A DNA stretch of 64,000 nucleotides from Thermoplasmata archaeon (lineage in GTDB: Archaea > Thermoplasmatota > Thermoplasmata > Lutacidiplasmatales > UBA184): assembly GCA_028864975.1 (NCBI GenBank), contig JAGWLG010000002.1, positions 64,001-128,000 of the forward strand, given 5' to 3'. The stretch's first letter is position 1. Each line of letters starts with the position of its first letter. Made by a program: the position numbers and the translations under genes. Positions 36,583 to 46,277 of the stretch are shown one piece after another. The notes beneath the pieces are model-generated. The model saw only the letters and a program-made list of their open reading frames with translations, was not told the origin of the DNA and made no database searches.

Positions 36583-37128
36583 TTGCCGACGGAAGCCTGT
36601 CCGATCTGTAACCACCGACTCCCGAAGGAATTCCTGACCACCCACATGGCCCGTGCGCATCCGGACCGGTCGGTGTCGGCGGAGCCTGGGCCGAGCGAGG
36701 CCCCGGCCCCTCCGAGCGGGGCCTACCAGGGGGACCTGGCCGAGGGACTCGCCCCTCCCGACAGCGTTGGGGCGGAAGTGCCGGCCCATCTGGGTCCTCC
36801 CCCTGCCGACCCGGAGCCGGAAAGCCCTGCCGCACCGGTTCCCCAGGACCCCGCCCCCACGGCGGAGGCCAGCCCGACCCCTGCGGCCGTCGTGGCCGAG
36901 GCTCCGTCGGACCCTGTCGAAGCGCCCTCCGACCCTCCCGCTACCGAGGGGCCCGCGGTGGTCCCCCCTGCGGCCTCCCCGGTCCCGCCTGCCGCTCCGC
37001 CTGTGATCCCGACCTCGAAAGAGCTCCGGTCCTGGCTTGGCAAGCACCAGCGCCACACGACGAAGGCGCGCGAGAGGGCCGAGGTCTGGTGCCAGGAGTT
37101 CGTCGACTCCCGTCGCCACCGACGCTGA
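36583..37128 (+). CDS. Hypothetical protein: N-terminal C2H2-type zinc finger, Pro/Ala/Glu linker, basic C-terminal helix
   Basis: CPIC-x12-HMARAH; TTG start; low-complexity middle region. Confidence 0.6.
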   Translation: MPTEACPICNHRLPKEFLTTHMARAHPDRSVSAEPGPSEAPAPPSGAYQGDLAEGLAPPDSVGAEVPAHLGPPPADPEPESPAAPVPQDPAPTAEASPTPAAVVAEAPSDPVEAPSDPPATEGPAVVPPAASPVPPAAPPVIPTSKELRSWLGKHQRHTTKARERAEVWCQEFVDSRRHRR

Positions 37129-37197
37129 GCGTTCGGTCCTTCGGTCCAGAGAGTTTCCGAGGGCCAGGCTTATACCCATCCTCCGGTGAGCCGACCC

Positions 37198-38184
37198 ATG
37201 CCCGCCACGGGCCGCAGCGCAAGTAATGTCGCCCCCGCGGCGCGGTCCTCCTCCGCTCCCCCTCCTCGTCCGCTACGACGGGGCAAGGTGAAGGAGGTCT
37301 GGGAGGTCTCCCCCACCGAGCTGGAGTTCGTCTTCACCGACGACATCAGTGTCTTCGACAAGCACATCCCGAACGCCATTCCTCACAAGGGAGAGACCCT
37401 CGCTCGTACGAGCGCGTTCTGGTTCGACCTGTGCACGAAGCAGGGCGTGAACCACCATTTCCTTCGGCTCTCCGGACCGAACAAGATGCGAGTGCGTCGT
37501 GTGGAGGTCGTTCCCGACCCCCGATCGTCGGGGCATCCGAAGAGGAGCTTGTTCATCCCGCTGGAGTGCGTGGTGCGCTACTACGTCGCCGGCAGCCTCT
37601 GGGACCGGCTCCAGAAGGGCAAGATCCGACCTGAGGACTGCGGGTTCCCCGGCGCACATGTGGCCGCCTACGGGCAGAAGCTCCCCGACCCGCTCTTCGA
37701 GTTCACCACCAAGCTCGAGCCGGTGGACCGCCTCCTTACCCCGTCCGAGGCGTTGGAAGTTGGAGGAGTGACCAAGAAGGACATCTCCGACATCGAGGAG
37801 ATGATCCTCAAGATCGATGGGGCGATGCAGCGGGCCATCTCCCCGCGCGGGCTCCTCCACGTCGACGGGAAGAAGGAGTTCGCCTTCGACGAGCATGGGA
37901 AGGTCATGGTCGTCGACACCTTCGGTACAGCGGACGAGGACCGGTTCTGGGAGAAGGACGCCTACGAGCGGGGGCGATTCGAGGAGTTCTCGAAGGAGTT
38001 CGTCCGGCAGCACTACCGACACCTGGGCTACTACGACAACCTCCAGGCCGCCCGTGCCGCGGGCAAGGCCGAACCCGACATTCCGTCCCTTCCCCCCAAT
38101 CTGGTCCAAGAGGTGAGCAAGCTCTACACCACCGTTTTCGAGCGGCTCACCGGTGAGCGGTTCCACCCCGGTGGCAAGGCGTGA
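37198..38184 (+). CDS. purC: Phosphoribosylaminoimidazole-succinocarboxamide (SAICAR) synthase
   Basis: RGKVKEVW, FTDDISVFD, IPLECVVRYYVAGSL, EFTTKLE, VDGKKEF, DTFGT.DEDRFW, SKEFVRQ; CTTATA at 37169 favours ATG 37198. Confidence 0.95.
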   Translation: MPATGRSASNVAPAARSSSAPPPRPLRRGKVKEVWEVSPTELEFVFTDDISVFDKHIPNAIPHKGETLARTSAFWFDLCTKQGVNHHFLRLSGPNKMRVRRVEVVPDPRSSGHPKRSLFIPLECVVRYYVAGSLWDRLQKGKIRPEDCGFPGAHVAAYGQKLPDPLFEFTTKLEPVDRLLTPSEALEVGGVTKKDISDIEEMILKIDGAMQRAISPRGLLHVDGKKEFAFDEHGKVMVVDTFGTADEDRFWEKDAYERGRFEEFSKEFVRQHYRHLGYYDNLQAARAAGKAEPDIPSLPPNLVQEVSKLYTTVFERLTGERFHPGGKA

Positions 38185-38305
38185 GCAGCAACCCGGCGGC
38201 GCCGGGTGGCTCACCTAGCACCGTTTCACGACCTCCCCTGCGACCTTTTAAGGGCCGCCCGCGGGTTCCGGACGAATCGCCGACGCGATCGCCGGAAGTG
38301 ACAAC

Positions 38306-40843
38306 ATGAGCGCCAAGGCCACCAAGCCCGCCACCGACGAGAAGGCCGAAGAAGAAGAGACGAAGGTCGAGTTCGAGGACCTTCCCGGGGTGGGGGCCAC
38401 CACCGCGGAGAAGCTCCGCGAAGCGGGCTACGGGGACATGATGGAGCTCGCCGTCGCGTCTCCGGACGACATCGCGGCGGCCGCGGACATCGGCGAAGGC
38501 ATCGCGCAGAAGATCATCGTCGAGGCGCGCAAGCGCGCCAAGGTCGGGGGGTTCGAGAGCGGCACCGATATCCTGGAGCGGAGGAAGAGGATCGGCAAGG
38601 TCACGACGATGTCCAAGAACCTGGACGAGCTCTTGGGGGGAGGCATCGAGACCCAGGCCATCACGGAGGTCTATGGGGCTTTTGGGAGCGGCAAGTGCAC
38701 GCACCCTGGCACGCCAGTCCTTTACTTCAATGACTCGGTGGCCCACCTCGAACCCATCGGGGAGATCTACGCGAAGTACGCCGCCAAGTTCGGAGAGATC
38801 CCCTTCGATGGTGGATGGGCTGTCCCGGTCGACTGCGTTCAGGTGGCGGGACTGACCGAGTCAGGAGTCCAGCGCGTTCGGGCCTCCCATCTCTACCGGG
38901 AGAAGGTCGCTCGGCTGATCCGGATCAAGACCGCACGCGGTCGTACGTTGGAGATCACTCCGCCGCACAAGTTGGTGTCCATCACCACGGAGGGGGTCTC
39001 GTGGGTCCCCGCGGCTAAGCTGGCTCCGGGATGCCCCATCGCTACCCCGCGAACGCTGCAGGCCCGATCCGCCGAGGATCATCCCAACATGGTCGACGAG
39101 GACGACGCCTTCTTCCTAGGTCTCTACGTTTCGGAGGGGGATCCCATCGGGATCACGAACACCGACCTTCGTCTCATCAAGTGGGTGGAGAGCTACATCG
39201 AAGGGAAGTTCGGTCATTCACCCCGGGTTTCGGTCGGGCACGGGCGCCCCCTGCCGGCGTTCCGAGTCCTTCTTCGTAAGCCCGTCCGCACTTTTCTGGG
39301 CGATCTTGCGACTCAGCGATCGGCGACCAAGCGGGTCCCTGCCAGCGTCCTTGGTGGGAGCGATGGCGTGGTGAGGTCCTTCCTCGCCGGATACATCGAA
39401 GGCGACGGATGTATCCAGCCCCTTCACACCGAGGTCGACACCGCGAGCGCCGGTCTGGCCCGAGATGTCGCCTACCTCTTCGCGCGCATCGGCATTCAGT
39501 CGAGCACTCGCGTCCGCCAGGTCAAGGGAAAGCCGTACTGGCGGGTGTCGGTCGTTGGGGAAGACCGCTCGAGGATCCGATCCCTCCCTCTTCGCTTCAA
39601 GCAATGGCCGAGTACCCTGCCCTACACCTCGGCCTATGGGTTTCCGACACCGACCATCGAGGTCCTTCAAAGGATCTACCGTCAGGGTCTTGGTGGCCAC
39701 CGCGGACGGAAGCAGAAGCGCGTTGGAAGGGCGCGGAACCGCAACGACCGTTTCTACCACGTCTTGGTAGAAGAGCGTACCAAATCTGACACCCTTAATG
39801 AGGCGACCTTCCGAGCCATCGCTGAGACCTTCCTCGAGGGGAGGGCAAGGCTCGAGCGGGCGCAGAGGCTGACCACCCGACTGGACCACCTCGACCTGCG
39901 CGAGTTCGCGCGCTTGTTCGACCTGCTGCCGCAGGCGTTCTCTGCCTATGCGGAGAGGGCAGGGATCTCAAGATCCGTGTCTCAGAACTGGCGCCGCCGA
40001 GGCGTCTCCCCGAACCGCGATCTCGAGCCTCTCAAGGCAATCATGACCGAGGACCTCTCGAGAAGGATCTCGATCCTTTCGCAGGGGCTCGCTCAGATGA
40101 AGAACATCCACTCGTTCGCGTGGGATATCATCGTTTCCGTGGAGCACGTCCCGTACGACGGCTTCGTCTACGACCTAACGGTCCCGGAAGGGCACACCTT
40201 CGTCGCCGGCGAAATGCCGACGATCATGCACAACACTCAGCTCGCTTTGCAAGTGTCCTCCTCGATCCAGCTCCCCGTGGATCAAGGTGGACTGGAGGGG
40301 GAGGCGGTCTGGATCGACACCGAGAACACCTTCCGCCCGGAGCGTCTCACCGAGATGGCCAAGGCGGCGGGTTTGGACCCCGCCGAGGCCCTGAAGAAGG
40401 TCCACGTGGCTCACGCCTTCAACGCGAGCCACCAGGAGCTGCTGGTCCCGAAGGCCTTCGAGCTCGCCCGCCAGAAGCCCGTTCGTCTGCTCGTCGTGGA
40501 CTCGCTCACGGCGCATTTTCGAGCCGAGTTCCTGGGGAGAGGCGCGCTCGCCGAACGCCAGCAGCGCCTCAATCGCCACATGCACGAGCTGCTCCGCTTC
40601 GGCGACGTCTTCAACGCGGCGATCATCTGCACGAACCAGGTCTCGTCCCGTCCCGATGTCCTTTTTGGCGACCCCACCGGCCCGATCGGGGGGAACATCG
40701 TCGGCCACACGGCGACGTACCGGGTGTACATGCGGAAGTCGAAGCCCCCGCGCCGCATCGCTCGGCTCGTCGACTCCCCGAACCTTCCCGAAGGAGAGGC
40801 GATCTTCTCCGTCCTGCCCGAAGGGATCCGCGACGCGGGCTGA
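38306..40843 (+). CDS. radA: DNA repair/recombination protein RadA containing an intein
   Basis: N-terminal LPGVG..TAEKL.EAGY; [25 protein letters not shown]|...|TQL; [12 protein letters not shown]; LLVVDSLT; LAERQQRL; TNQV; GGNIVGH; [15 protein letters not shown]. Confidence 0.97.
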   Translation: MSAKATKPATDEKAEEEETKVEFEDLPGVGATTAEKLREAGYGDMMELAVASPDDIAAAADIGEGIAQKIIVEARKRAKVGGFESGTDILERRKRIGKVTTMSKNLDELLGGGIETQAITEVYGAFGSGKCTHPGTPVLYFNDSVAHLEPIGEIYAKYAAKFGEIPFDGGWAVPVDCVQVAGLTESGVQRVRASHLYREKVARLIRIKTARGRTLEITPPHKLVSITTEGVSWVPAAKLAPGCPIATPRTLQARSAEDHPNMVDEDDAFFLGLYVSEGDPIGITNTDLRLIKWVESYIEGKFGHSPRVSVGHGRPLPAFRVLLRKPVRTFLGDLATQRSATKRVPASVLGGSDGVVRSFLAGYIEGDGCIQPLHTEVDTASAGLARDVAYLFARIGIQSSTRVRQVKGKPYWRVSVVGEDRSRIRSLPLRFKQWPSTLPYTSAYGFPTPTIEVLQRIYRQGLGGHRGRKQKRVGRARNRNDRFYHVLVEERTKSDTLNEATFRAIAETFLEGRARLERAQRLTTRLDHLDLREFARLFDLLPQAFSAYAERAGISRSVSQNWRRRGVSPNRDLEPLKAIMTEDLSRRISILSQGLAQMKNIHSFAWDIIVSVEHVPYDGFVYDLTVPEGHTFVAGEMPTIMHNTQLALQVSSSIQLPVDQGGLEGEAVWIDTENTFRPERLTEMAKAAGLDPAEALKKVHVAHAFNASHQELLVPKAFELARQKPVRLLVVDSLTAHFRAEFLGRGALAERQQRLNRHMHELLRFGDVFNAAIICTNQVSSRPDVLFGDPTGPIGGNIVGHTATYRVYMRKSKPPRRIARLVDSPNLPEGEAIFSVLPEGIRDAG
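38696..40234 (+). mobile_element. 513-aa intein with LAGLIDADG homing endonuclease inserted in the RadA Walker A (GSGK|T)
   Basis: Starts Cys (CTHPGTPV), block [19 protein letters not shown]-like [11 protein letters not shown] and [10 protein letters not shown], block [17 protein letters not shown], block G IMHN|T; more A/T-ending codons than the flanking exteins. Confidence 0.96.
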
Positions 40844-40853
40844 CCCCGTTCGA

Positions 40854-42410
40854 TCACGCCCCGAACGAGCGCAAGCGTCGAAGGAGCGCCCCCGTGCCCA
40901 ACGGGGTGCCGCTGGTCTCGTTGACCTGCGCTACCCAGTCCTGGGTGATCCCAGGACGGAACCAGTTCCGGGTCAGCCACGGGGCAACCCGGGGGTTGGG
41001 CCAGGTGTCGCCCCCGATGTCGCGGAGCATCCCTTCCCGCACCTGAGAGGCAAAGAGCCAGGCGAAGAGGTAGCTCTTGGCGTAGAGGCCGTACTGGACC
41101 CAGATCCCATCGCCGAACGAGGCAGGGACCGACGTTGGCAGGTAGCCCTCGTACGCTCGTTGCAGGCGCGCGAACGTCGAGACCAGGTCCCCTGTCGGCC
41201 GACGGTAGAGTTCGAGCTCCTGCTCCACCCAAAGGGCGGTGTACCCCACGGAATCTGGCCATCCCACGGCACGGTCCGCGATGAGGCGATCGATCGAGGC
41301 CCGAGGCAGGCCGGTTCGCGTGGAGAGCCAGGCCGCCTCTCCCGAGATCTCCTCGAAGAGGCCACCGACCCCTTCCGACATGCCGGCGTTCCCGGGGAGC
41401 GTCTCGTACCCGCGCAGGAGGTGCGTGGGGGCCCGCGTCAAGCTCGCGTGGACGGCGTGTCCGAGCTCGTGCATCAGGATCCCATACCAGACCCAGCCGC
41501 CCTGCGGATTCACGACGACCCGGACGTCTTGGGGAATGGTCGGAGCGTAGCACAGGCCCCCCGCACTGATCGCGTGCCGGTCGATGCGAAGGTGGTAGCG
41601 TTCAGGATGGAAGCCCCACCCTCGCAGGGCTCCCATCGCGGCCGAGAGCATCCCTCGTCCAGGGAAGTATCGGTCCACCGCGGGCGGCTTTCGCAGCTCG
41701 AAGGCGCGCGGGAGGTCCCAGGGGTACCAGCCTCGTTCCCCTTTCGCATCCTCGAAATCGTCCCGCACCCTCCGGGCCGCCGGGCGGCCGATGGCCTTCA
41801 GCGAGACGATGAACCGTTCGAGCTGGGCGCGCGAGACCCCCTCTTGGGAGAGCCTCAGTTCGACGAAGGAGGGGAAGCCGAGCTCGTGGGCCCGAGCATT
41901 GCGGAGCTCGGCCAGCTTTCGTATCCCCGGCTCCAGAGTGGCCAGAGAGCGCTGCGATGCCTCCCAGAGCCTCTGGCGTTCCCTTCTCTCTTCCGCCTTC
42001 CGCAGTAGCTCTCCGACACGGTGCAACGGCAGGAGTCGTCCGCGGTAGCGGACCCGAAGACTGGCGTCCCTGCGGAGGAGATCGTTGCGGAGACGGACAA
42101 TCGGGGTGTCGTGCTCGACCTGGACGTCCTCGGCCGCGCGCCGAAGGAGGGCGACGCGTCGCTCGAGCAGACGCGGGAGGGGTCGGGAGAGAGCCTCGTC
42201 CGCGAATCGAACAAGTTCCGGACCTCCGAGCAGGCGGGCCCGCGCCATCTCCCACCGCTCGGGATGAGCTGAACGGCCCATGGCCACGCCCCACTGGGCG
42301 AGGAGGATGCCGCGGTCGAGGGGGGCCAACGCGGACTCGAGCCGGTCCATGAAGCGACCCACCTCGGTCGTGGAAGCGGACCGGCCGGACGGAGGGGAGA
42401 GAGGGACCAT
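40854..42410 (-). CDS. M3/M2-like gluzincin oligopeptidase
   Basis: ILMHELGHAVH followed by SEGVGGLFE (third Zn ligand); YAKSYLFA. Confidence 0.85.
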   Translation of the reverse strand: MVPLSPPSGRSASTTEVGRFMDRLESALAPLDRGILLAQWGVAMGRSAHPERWEMARARLLGGPELVRFADEALSRPLPRLLERRVALLRRAAEDVQVEHDTPIVRLRNDLLRRDASLRVRYRGRLLPLHRVGELLRKAEERRERQRLWEASQRSLATLEPGIRKLAELRNARAHELGFPSFVELRLSQEGVSRAQLERFIVSLKAIGRPAARRVRDDFEDAKGERGWYPWDLPRAFELRKPPAVDRYFPGRGMLSAAMGALRGWGFHPERYHLRIDRHAISAGGLCYAPTIPQDVRVVVNPQGGWVWYGILMHELGHAVHASLTRAPTHLLRGYETLPGNAGMSEGVGGLFEEISGEAAWLSTRTGLPRASIDRLIADRAVGWPDSVGYTALWVEQELELYRRPTGDLVSTFARLQRAYEGYLPTSVPASFGDGIWVQYGLYAKSYLFAWLFASQVREGMLRDIGGDTWPNPRVAPWLTRNWFRPGITQDWVAQVNETSGTPLGTGALLRRLRSFGA

Positions 42411-42507
42411 GTCCCGGTCAGAAGGAGGGCGAGAAGAAGCTCTCCCTCGACCGCCGGCGGTGGGCTAATATCCCCCACCGCCGCTCGCCCACCTCAAGGT
42501 CGCGCTC

Positions 42508-43155
42508 GTGCAGCTGGAGACGCTCAAGGGGATCGTGCCCGCCGTGCTGGCGACGCTCGGACCCCAGGAGGCGGTCTACTGCGAGCATGGCATCATGTTG
42601 TACAAGGACCCCACCGTGGGGGTCGGCCGTAAGACGATCAAGTCCGGCGGCATGTTCGGCGCGCTCAAGCGCGAGACCGTGGGAGGGATCCCCTTCTTCC
42701 TCGCCGAGTTCGTCGGTCCTGGCTCCGTCGCCTTCTCCCGAGATGGGGTGGGCGAGATCCGCGAGATCGAGCTCGCCCCCGGGGAGGTCCTGGACGTGGC
42801 GGAAGGGTCGCTTCTCTGCGCCGAGAACCGCATTCCCTACGACATGTTCTACGTCTCGGGCACGCACCGCCCCGGACGGATGGTGGGGTTCTGGATGGAC
42901 CGGCTCACCGGACCTGGGTGGGTCGCGCTGCACGGCTTCGGGAACATCATCTCCATGTCCCTCGCCCCCGGCGAAAAGATGACCTGCGACTACGGGGCCC
43001 TGCTCTGGAAGAGCGCGAGCGTCCAAGCGAAGTCCCTGAACCTTCCGTTCGGCGGCGGCCTTCTGGGGAAGCTTGAGTCCTACGAGGTCTTGGAGCTCAT
43101 TGGCCCGGGGAAGGTGGCGCTCCAGAGCGTCGACCCGAAGAAGCCGCACAGCTGA
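42508..43155 (+). CDS. AIM24-family (TRAP-like fold) protein 1
   Basis: L...EAVYCEHG.MLY, ETVGGIPFFLAEFVGPGSVAFS, WMDRLTGPGWVALHGFG, L.PGE...D.G.LL. Confidence 0.88.
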   Translation: MQLETLKGIVPAVLATLGPQEAVYCEHGIMLYKDPTVGVGRKTIKSGGMFGALKRETVGGIPFFLAEFVGPGSVAFSRDGVGEIREIELAPGEVLDVAEGSLLCAENRIPYDMFYVSGTHRPGRMVGFWMDRLTGPGWVALHGFGNIISMSLAPGEKMTCDYGALLWKSASVQAKSLNLPFGGGLLGKLESYEVLELIGPGKVALQSVDPKKPHS

Positions 43156-43187
43156 GGACCCTCCACGAGGAAGCAGGAGAACGAGCC

Positions 43188-43367
43188 ATGCCGATACCGG
43201 AAGAGTTCACGAAGAAGCGGACCGAAGTGACGATCAGCCGTGCGGTGCTCAAGGAGATCAACTGCAAGAGCTGCGGGGCGAAGATCGACCCGGCCAATAT
43301 CAAGGGCGGCTACGCTCGCTGCTCCTACTGCGGCGGAACCTACAACCTCGACGTCCAGGGAGCGTAG
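43188..43367 (+). CDS. 59-aa zinc-ribbon microprotein (absent from the ORF track)
   Basis: Manual translation MPIPEEFTKKRTEVTISRAVLKEINCKSCGAKIDPANIKGGYARCSYCGGTYNLDVQGA*; GGAG SD; GC3-rich codons; fills the gap between AIM24 genes. Confidence 0.85.
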   Translation: MPIPEEFTKKRTEVTISRAVLKEINCKSCGAKIDPANIKGGYARCSYCGGTYNLDVQGA

Positions 43368-43379
43368 GGGGGGTCTCTC

Positions 43380-44030
43380 GTGAAGGCCGACACGGTCGGG
43401 GGGATCACCCCTGCGGTCCTGGTCCAGCTGCGGCCCGGCGAGAAGGTCCTCGCGGCCCACGAGATCATGCTCCACATGGACGGGGAGGTCAAGCTCCACC
43501 GCAAGACGCTGAAGCATCTGGGGGTCTCCACGGCCCACCTGATGTCGATGCGGGCCAAAGGGGACTCGGAAGAGAACTACTTCTTCGCCGAGTTCGAAGG
43601 CCCGGGGAACGTCACCTTCTCGCGCGACAAGGCCGGGGAGGTACGGATCCTCCAGCTGGCCCCCGGCCAGGCGATCCGGCTGCGCTCGGGCCATCTCATC
43701 TGCTTCGACGAGACGGTTCGGTACTTCCCCATGGTCGTCGCACGTTGGGTGGTGAAGAAGGGGAACGACCAGGAGACGGAGTACATCTTCGCGGATGAGC
43801 TCACGGGACCTGGTACGGTCGTCTTCCAGTCACACGGGAACATCCTCTCCTTCAACCTTCAGCCGGGGGAGGCCATGCGCACCTCTACCGAGGGGTGGCT
43901 AGCGAGTGCGCCCACCACCCAGGTCAACGTGACGTGGTTCGCCCCACGCATGGGGGGGGTGGGGGTGAATCCCCGGCCGGTCCTTCACCTGGTGGGGCCA
44001 GGCTCCGTCATGGTCCACAGCGGGGTGTAG
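43380..44030 (+). CDS. AIM24-family protein 2
   Basis: VQLRPGEKVLAAHEIML, YFFAEFEGPGNVTF, ELTGPGTVVFQSHG, LQPGE, LVGPGSVMVHS. Confidence 0.88.
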   Translation: MKADTVGGITPAVLVQLRPGEKVLAAHEIMLHMDGEVKLHRKTLKHLGVSTAHLMSMRAKGDSEENYFFAEFEGPGNVTFSRDKAGEVRILQLAPGQAIRLRSGHLICFDETVRYFPMVVARWVVKKGNDQETEYIFADELTGPGTVVFQSHGNILSFNLQPGEAMRTSTEGWLASAPTTQVNVTWFAPRMGGVGVNPRPVLHLVGPGSVMVHSGV

Positions 44031-44032
44031 CG

Positions 44033-44689
44033 ATGCAGGTGAACGTCCAAGGGAACTTCGTCCCCGTCGCCCTGGTCCAGCTCAACCCCGGCGAGGAGAT
44101 CTTCTGCGAAGGGGGGCTCATGGTCTACGCCGACCCCTCCATCCAGATGAGCATCCGCCCGTTCACCCAGGGGGGGATGGGCCAGACCCTGCGACGGACC
44201 CTGGTCGGCGGGGTCCCGTTCTGGATGCACGTCTTCCACGGACCGGGGTATGTCGCGTTCAGCCGGTTCGGTCCTGGGGAGATCCGGGTGCAAGAGTTGG
44301 CCCCGGGACAGGTCGTCGACATCGCCGAGCACTCCCTCCTTCTCGCGTCGAACACGGTGCGCTACGACACCTACTACGTGGCCGGGACGGGGCGCATCGG
44401 GAGGATGGTCGGGTTCTGGATGGACCGGCTGACCGGCCCCGGCACGATCGTCTACCACGGCCACGGCGACATCCTGGGATTCGACCTCAAGCCAGGAGAG
44501 TCGATGCAGATCGACCATGGTGGGCTCCTCCGCAAGGATGCTACGGTGCAGATCCGGGCGTTCAACCAGCCTCTGGGCCAGGGGCTGATGGGGCACGCGA
44601 TGAGCTTCGAGGCCCTCCAGGTGGATGGCCCTGGGCGTCTCGAGCTGCAGACCGTGGACCCGACGCACCGTGGGGCGGGGGGCGGTTAG
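44033..44689 (+). CDS. AIM24-family protein 3
   Basis: VQLNPGEEIFCEGGLMVY, FHGPGYVAF, WMDRLTGPGTIVYHGHG, VDGPGRLELQT; ATG 44033. Confidence 0.88.
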   Translation: MQVNVQGNFVPVALVQLNPGEEIFCEGGLMVYADPSIQMSIRPFTQGGMGQTLRRTLVGGVPFWMHVFHGPGYVAFSRFGPGEIRVQELAPGQVVDIAEHSLLLASNTVRYDTYYVAGTGRIGRMVGFWMDRLTGPGTIVYHGHGDILGFDLKPGESMQIDHGGLLRKDATVQIRAFNQPLGQGLMGHAMSFEALQVDGPGRLELQTVDPTHRGAGGG

Positions 44690-44753
44690 CCCACCCGGGC
44701 CGCCCATCCTCCCCTCCCCCACGCTTAAGGCGATGGCTCGTGACCCCCGGTCC

Positions 44754-46277
44754 ATGAGCGGCCCGGTGGTCTTGGATGGCAACCACCTCACACTCTCGGA
44801 CGTGGTGAGCGTCGCGCGCCAAGGACGGCCGGTGGAGATCTCCGCGGAGGCCCGGGCCAGGATGGAGAAGGCCCGGGCCGCAGTCCTCCACATTGTCTCG
44901 GACGGGAGGCCAGTTTACGGGGTGAACACCGGCTTCGGACGCCTATCGGACCGAATCGTTCCCAAGGAACAGCTGCCCGAGCTCCAGCGGAACCTGGTCC
45001 GCTCCCACGCGAGCGGGGTGGGACCCGACCTACCCCGAGAGCTGGTCCGGGCGATGATGCTCCTTCGGGCCAACAGTCTCGCCAAGGGGGTTTCCGGGGT
45101 ACGGGTCGAGGTCGTGGAGACGCTCCTGGCCGCGCTCCACCACGATCTGGTCCCCGCCATCCCGGAGCAGGGCTCGGTCGGGGCCTCCGGGGACCTTGCC
45201 CCGCTCGCTCACCTTGCCTTGGCGTTGATGGGCGAGGGGGAGGTGATCGACGAGCGGGGGCACCGGATGCCCTCCTCCGGGGCCCTTGCGAAGGCGAAGG
45301 TCCCTCCGATCACGCTGGTCGAGAAGGAGGGGATCTCTCTCGTCAATGGAACCTGCCTGATGGCCTCCCAGCTCTCCTTCCTGGTCCATGACGGGGAGGC
45401 GTTGCTCCGAATCTCCGAGCTCGCCGCGGCCGTCTCCTTCGACGCCCTCAAAGGGAACGTTGGCGCCCTCGACCCGCGGCTGCACGAAGCCCGCAACCTC
45501 CCCGCCCAGAGCTCGGTCGCTGCCGAGATGCGCACCCTCCTCTCCGGGAGTTCACTGACCCGGGCCCCCGGCGACTACCAAGGGCAGGACCCCTACGTCC
45601 TCCGCTGCATCCCCCAGGTCCTCGGGGCCGTTCGCCTCGGCCTTTCCTGGGCGCGATCGGTGGCGGAAGGGGAGCTCAACGCGGCCTCGGACAATCCTCT
45701 CGTCTTCGACGGGGAGTTCCTCTCCGGCGGGAACTTCCACGGGCAGCCGCTCGCGCTCGCCCTCGATACCGTAGGCCTCGCCCTATCCTATCTAGGAAGC
45801 TTCAGCGAGCGGCGGACCGCCCGCTTGGTCGACGCGGACCTCTCCCGGGGGCTTTCCCCGTTCCTTTCCGCCTCCCCAGGGTTCTCTTCCGGGTACATGA
45901 TCCCCCCCTACGTGGCGGCGTCGCTGGTCGCGGAGGACCAGGTCCTGGTCCACCCCGCGAGCGCCGCCTCGCTCCCCACGTCGGCGAACCAGGAGGACTT
46001 CAACAGCATGGGTGCGACCGCGGGAAGGAAGGGGCTCCGGCTGCTCGAGAACCTCCGCAGGATCCTCGCGATCGAGCTCATGGTCGGGGTGCAGGCACTA
46101 GAGCAGCGGGGTCCCTCACGTGGCGGGAAGGGGAGCGAGACCGTTCGGGCCGCGGTCCGGACCCGTATCCCCCCCCTCACCGAAGACCGCCCCCCTGCCC
46201 CGGACATCGAGCGGCTCTACGAGGCCCTTCGCGAAGGGTCGTTCCTGGCTGACGTCGAGCGGAGCCTAGGGGCCTAG
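44754..46277 (+). CDS. hutH: Histidine ammonia-lyase
   Basis: VYGVNTGFG, LVRSHASG, GSVGASGDLAPLAH (MIO ASG), KEGISLVNGT, QDPY.LRCIPQV, DNPL, GGNFHG, ANQEDFNSM; GCTTAAG at 44723 favours ATG 44754. Confidence 0.95.
   Translation: MSGPVVLDGNHLTLSDVVSVARQGRPVEISAEARARMEKARAAVLHIVSDGRPVYGVNTGFGRLSDRIVPKEQLPELQRNLVRSHASGVGPDLPRELVRAMMLLRANSLAKGVSGVRVEVVETLLAALHHDLVPAIPEQGSVGASGDLAPLAHLALALMGEGEVIDERGHRMPSSGALAKAKVPPITLVEKEGISLVNGTCLMASQLSFLVHDGEALLRISELAAAVSFDALKGNVGALDPRLHEARNLPAQSSVAAEMRTLLSGSSLTRAPGDYQGQDPYVLRCIPQVLGAVRLGLSWARSVAEGELNAASDNPLVFDGEFLSGGNFHGQPLALALDTVGLALSYLGSFSERRTARLVDADLSRGLSPFLSASPGFSSGYMIPPYVAASLVAEDQVLVHPASAASLPTSANQEDFNSMGATAGRKGLRLLENLRRILAIELMVGVQALEQRGPSRGGKGSETVRAAVRTRIPPLTEDRPPAPDIERLYEALREGSFLADVERSLGA

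Noticed and set aside
43150-43190. GAG triplets before the Zn-ribbon gene as a TRAP-type binding site
   Set aside because: Too few repeats and not at the 5-nt spacing of TRAP sites; consistent with SD-like purine richness.
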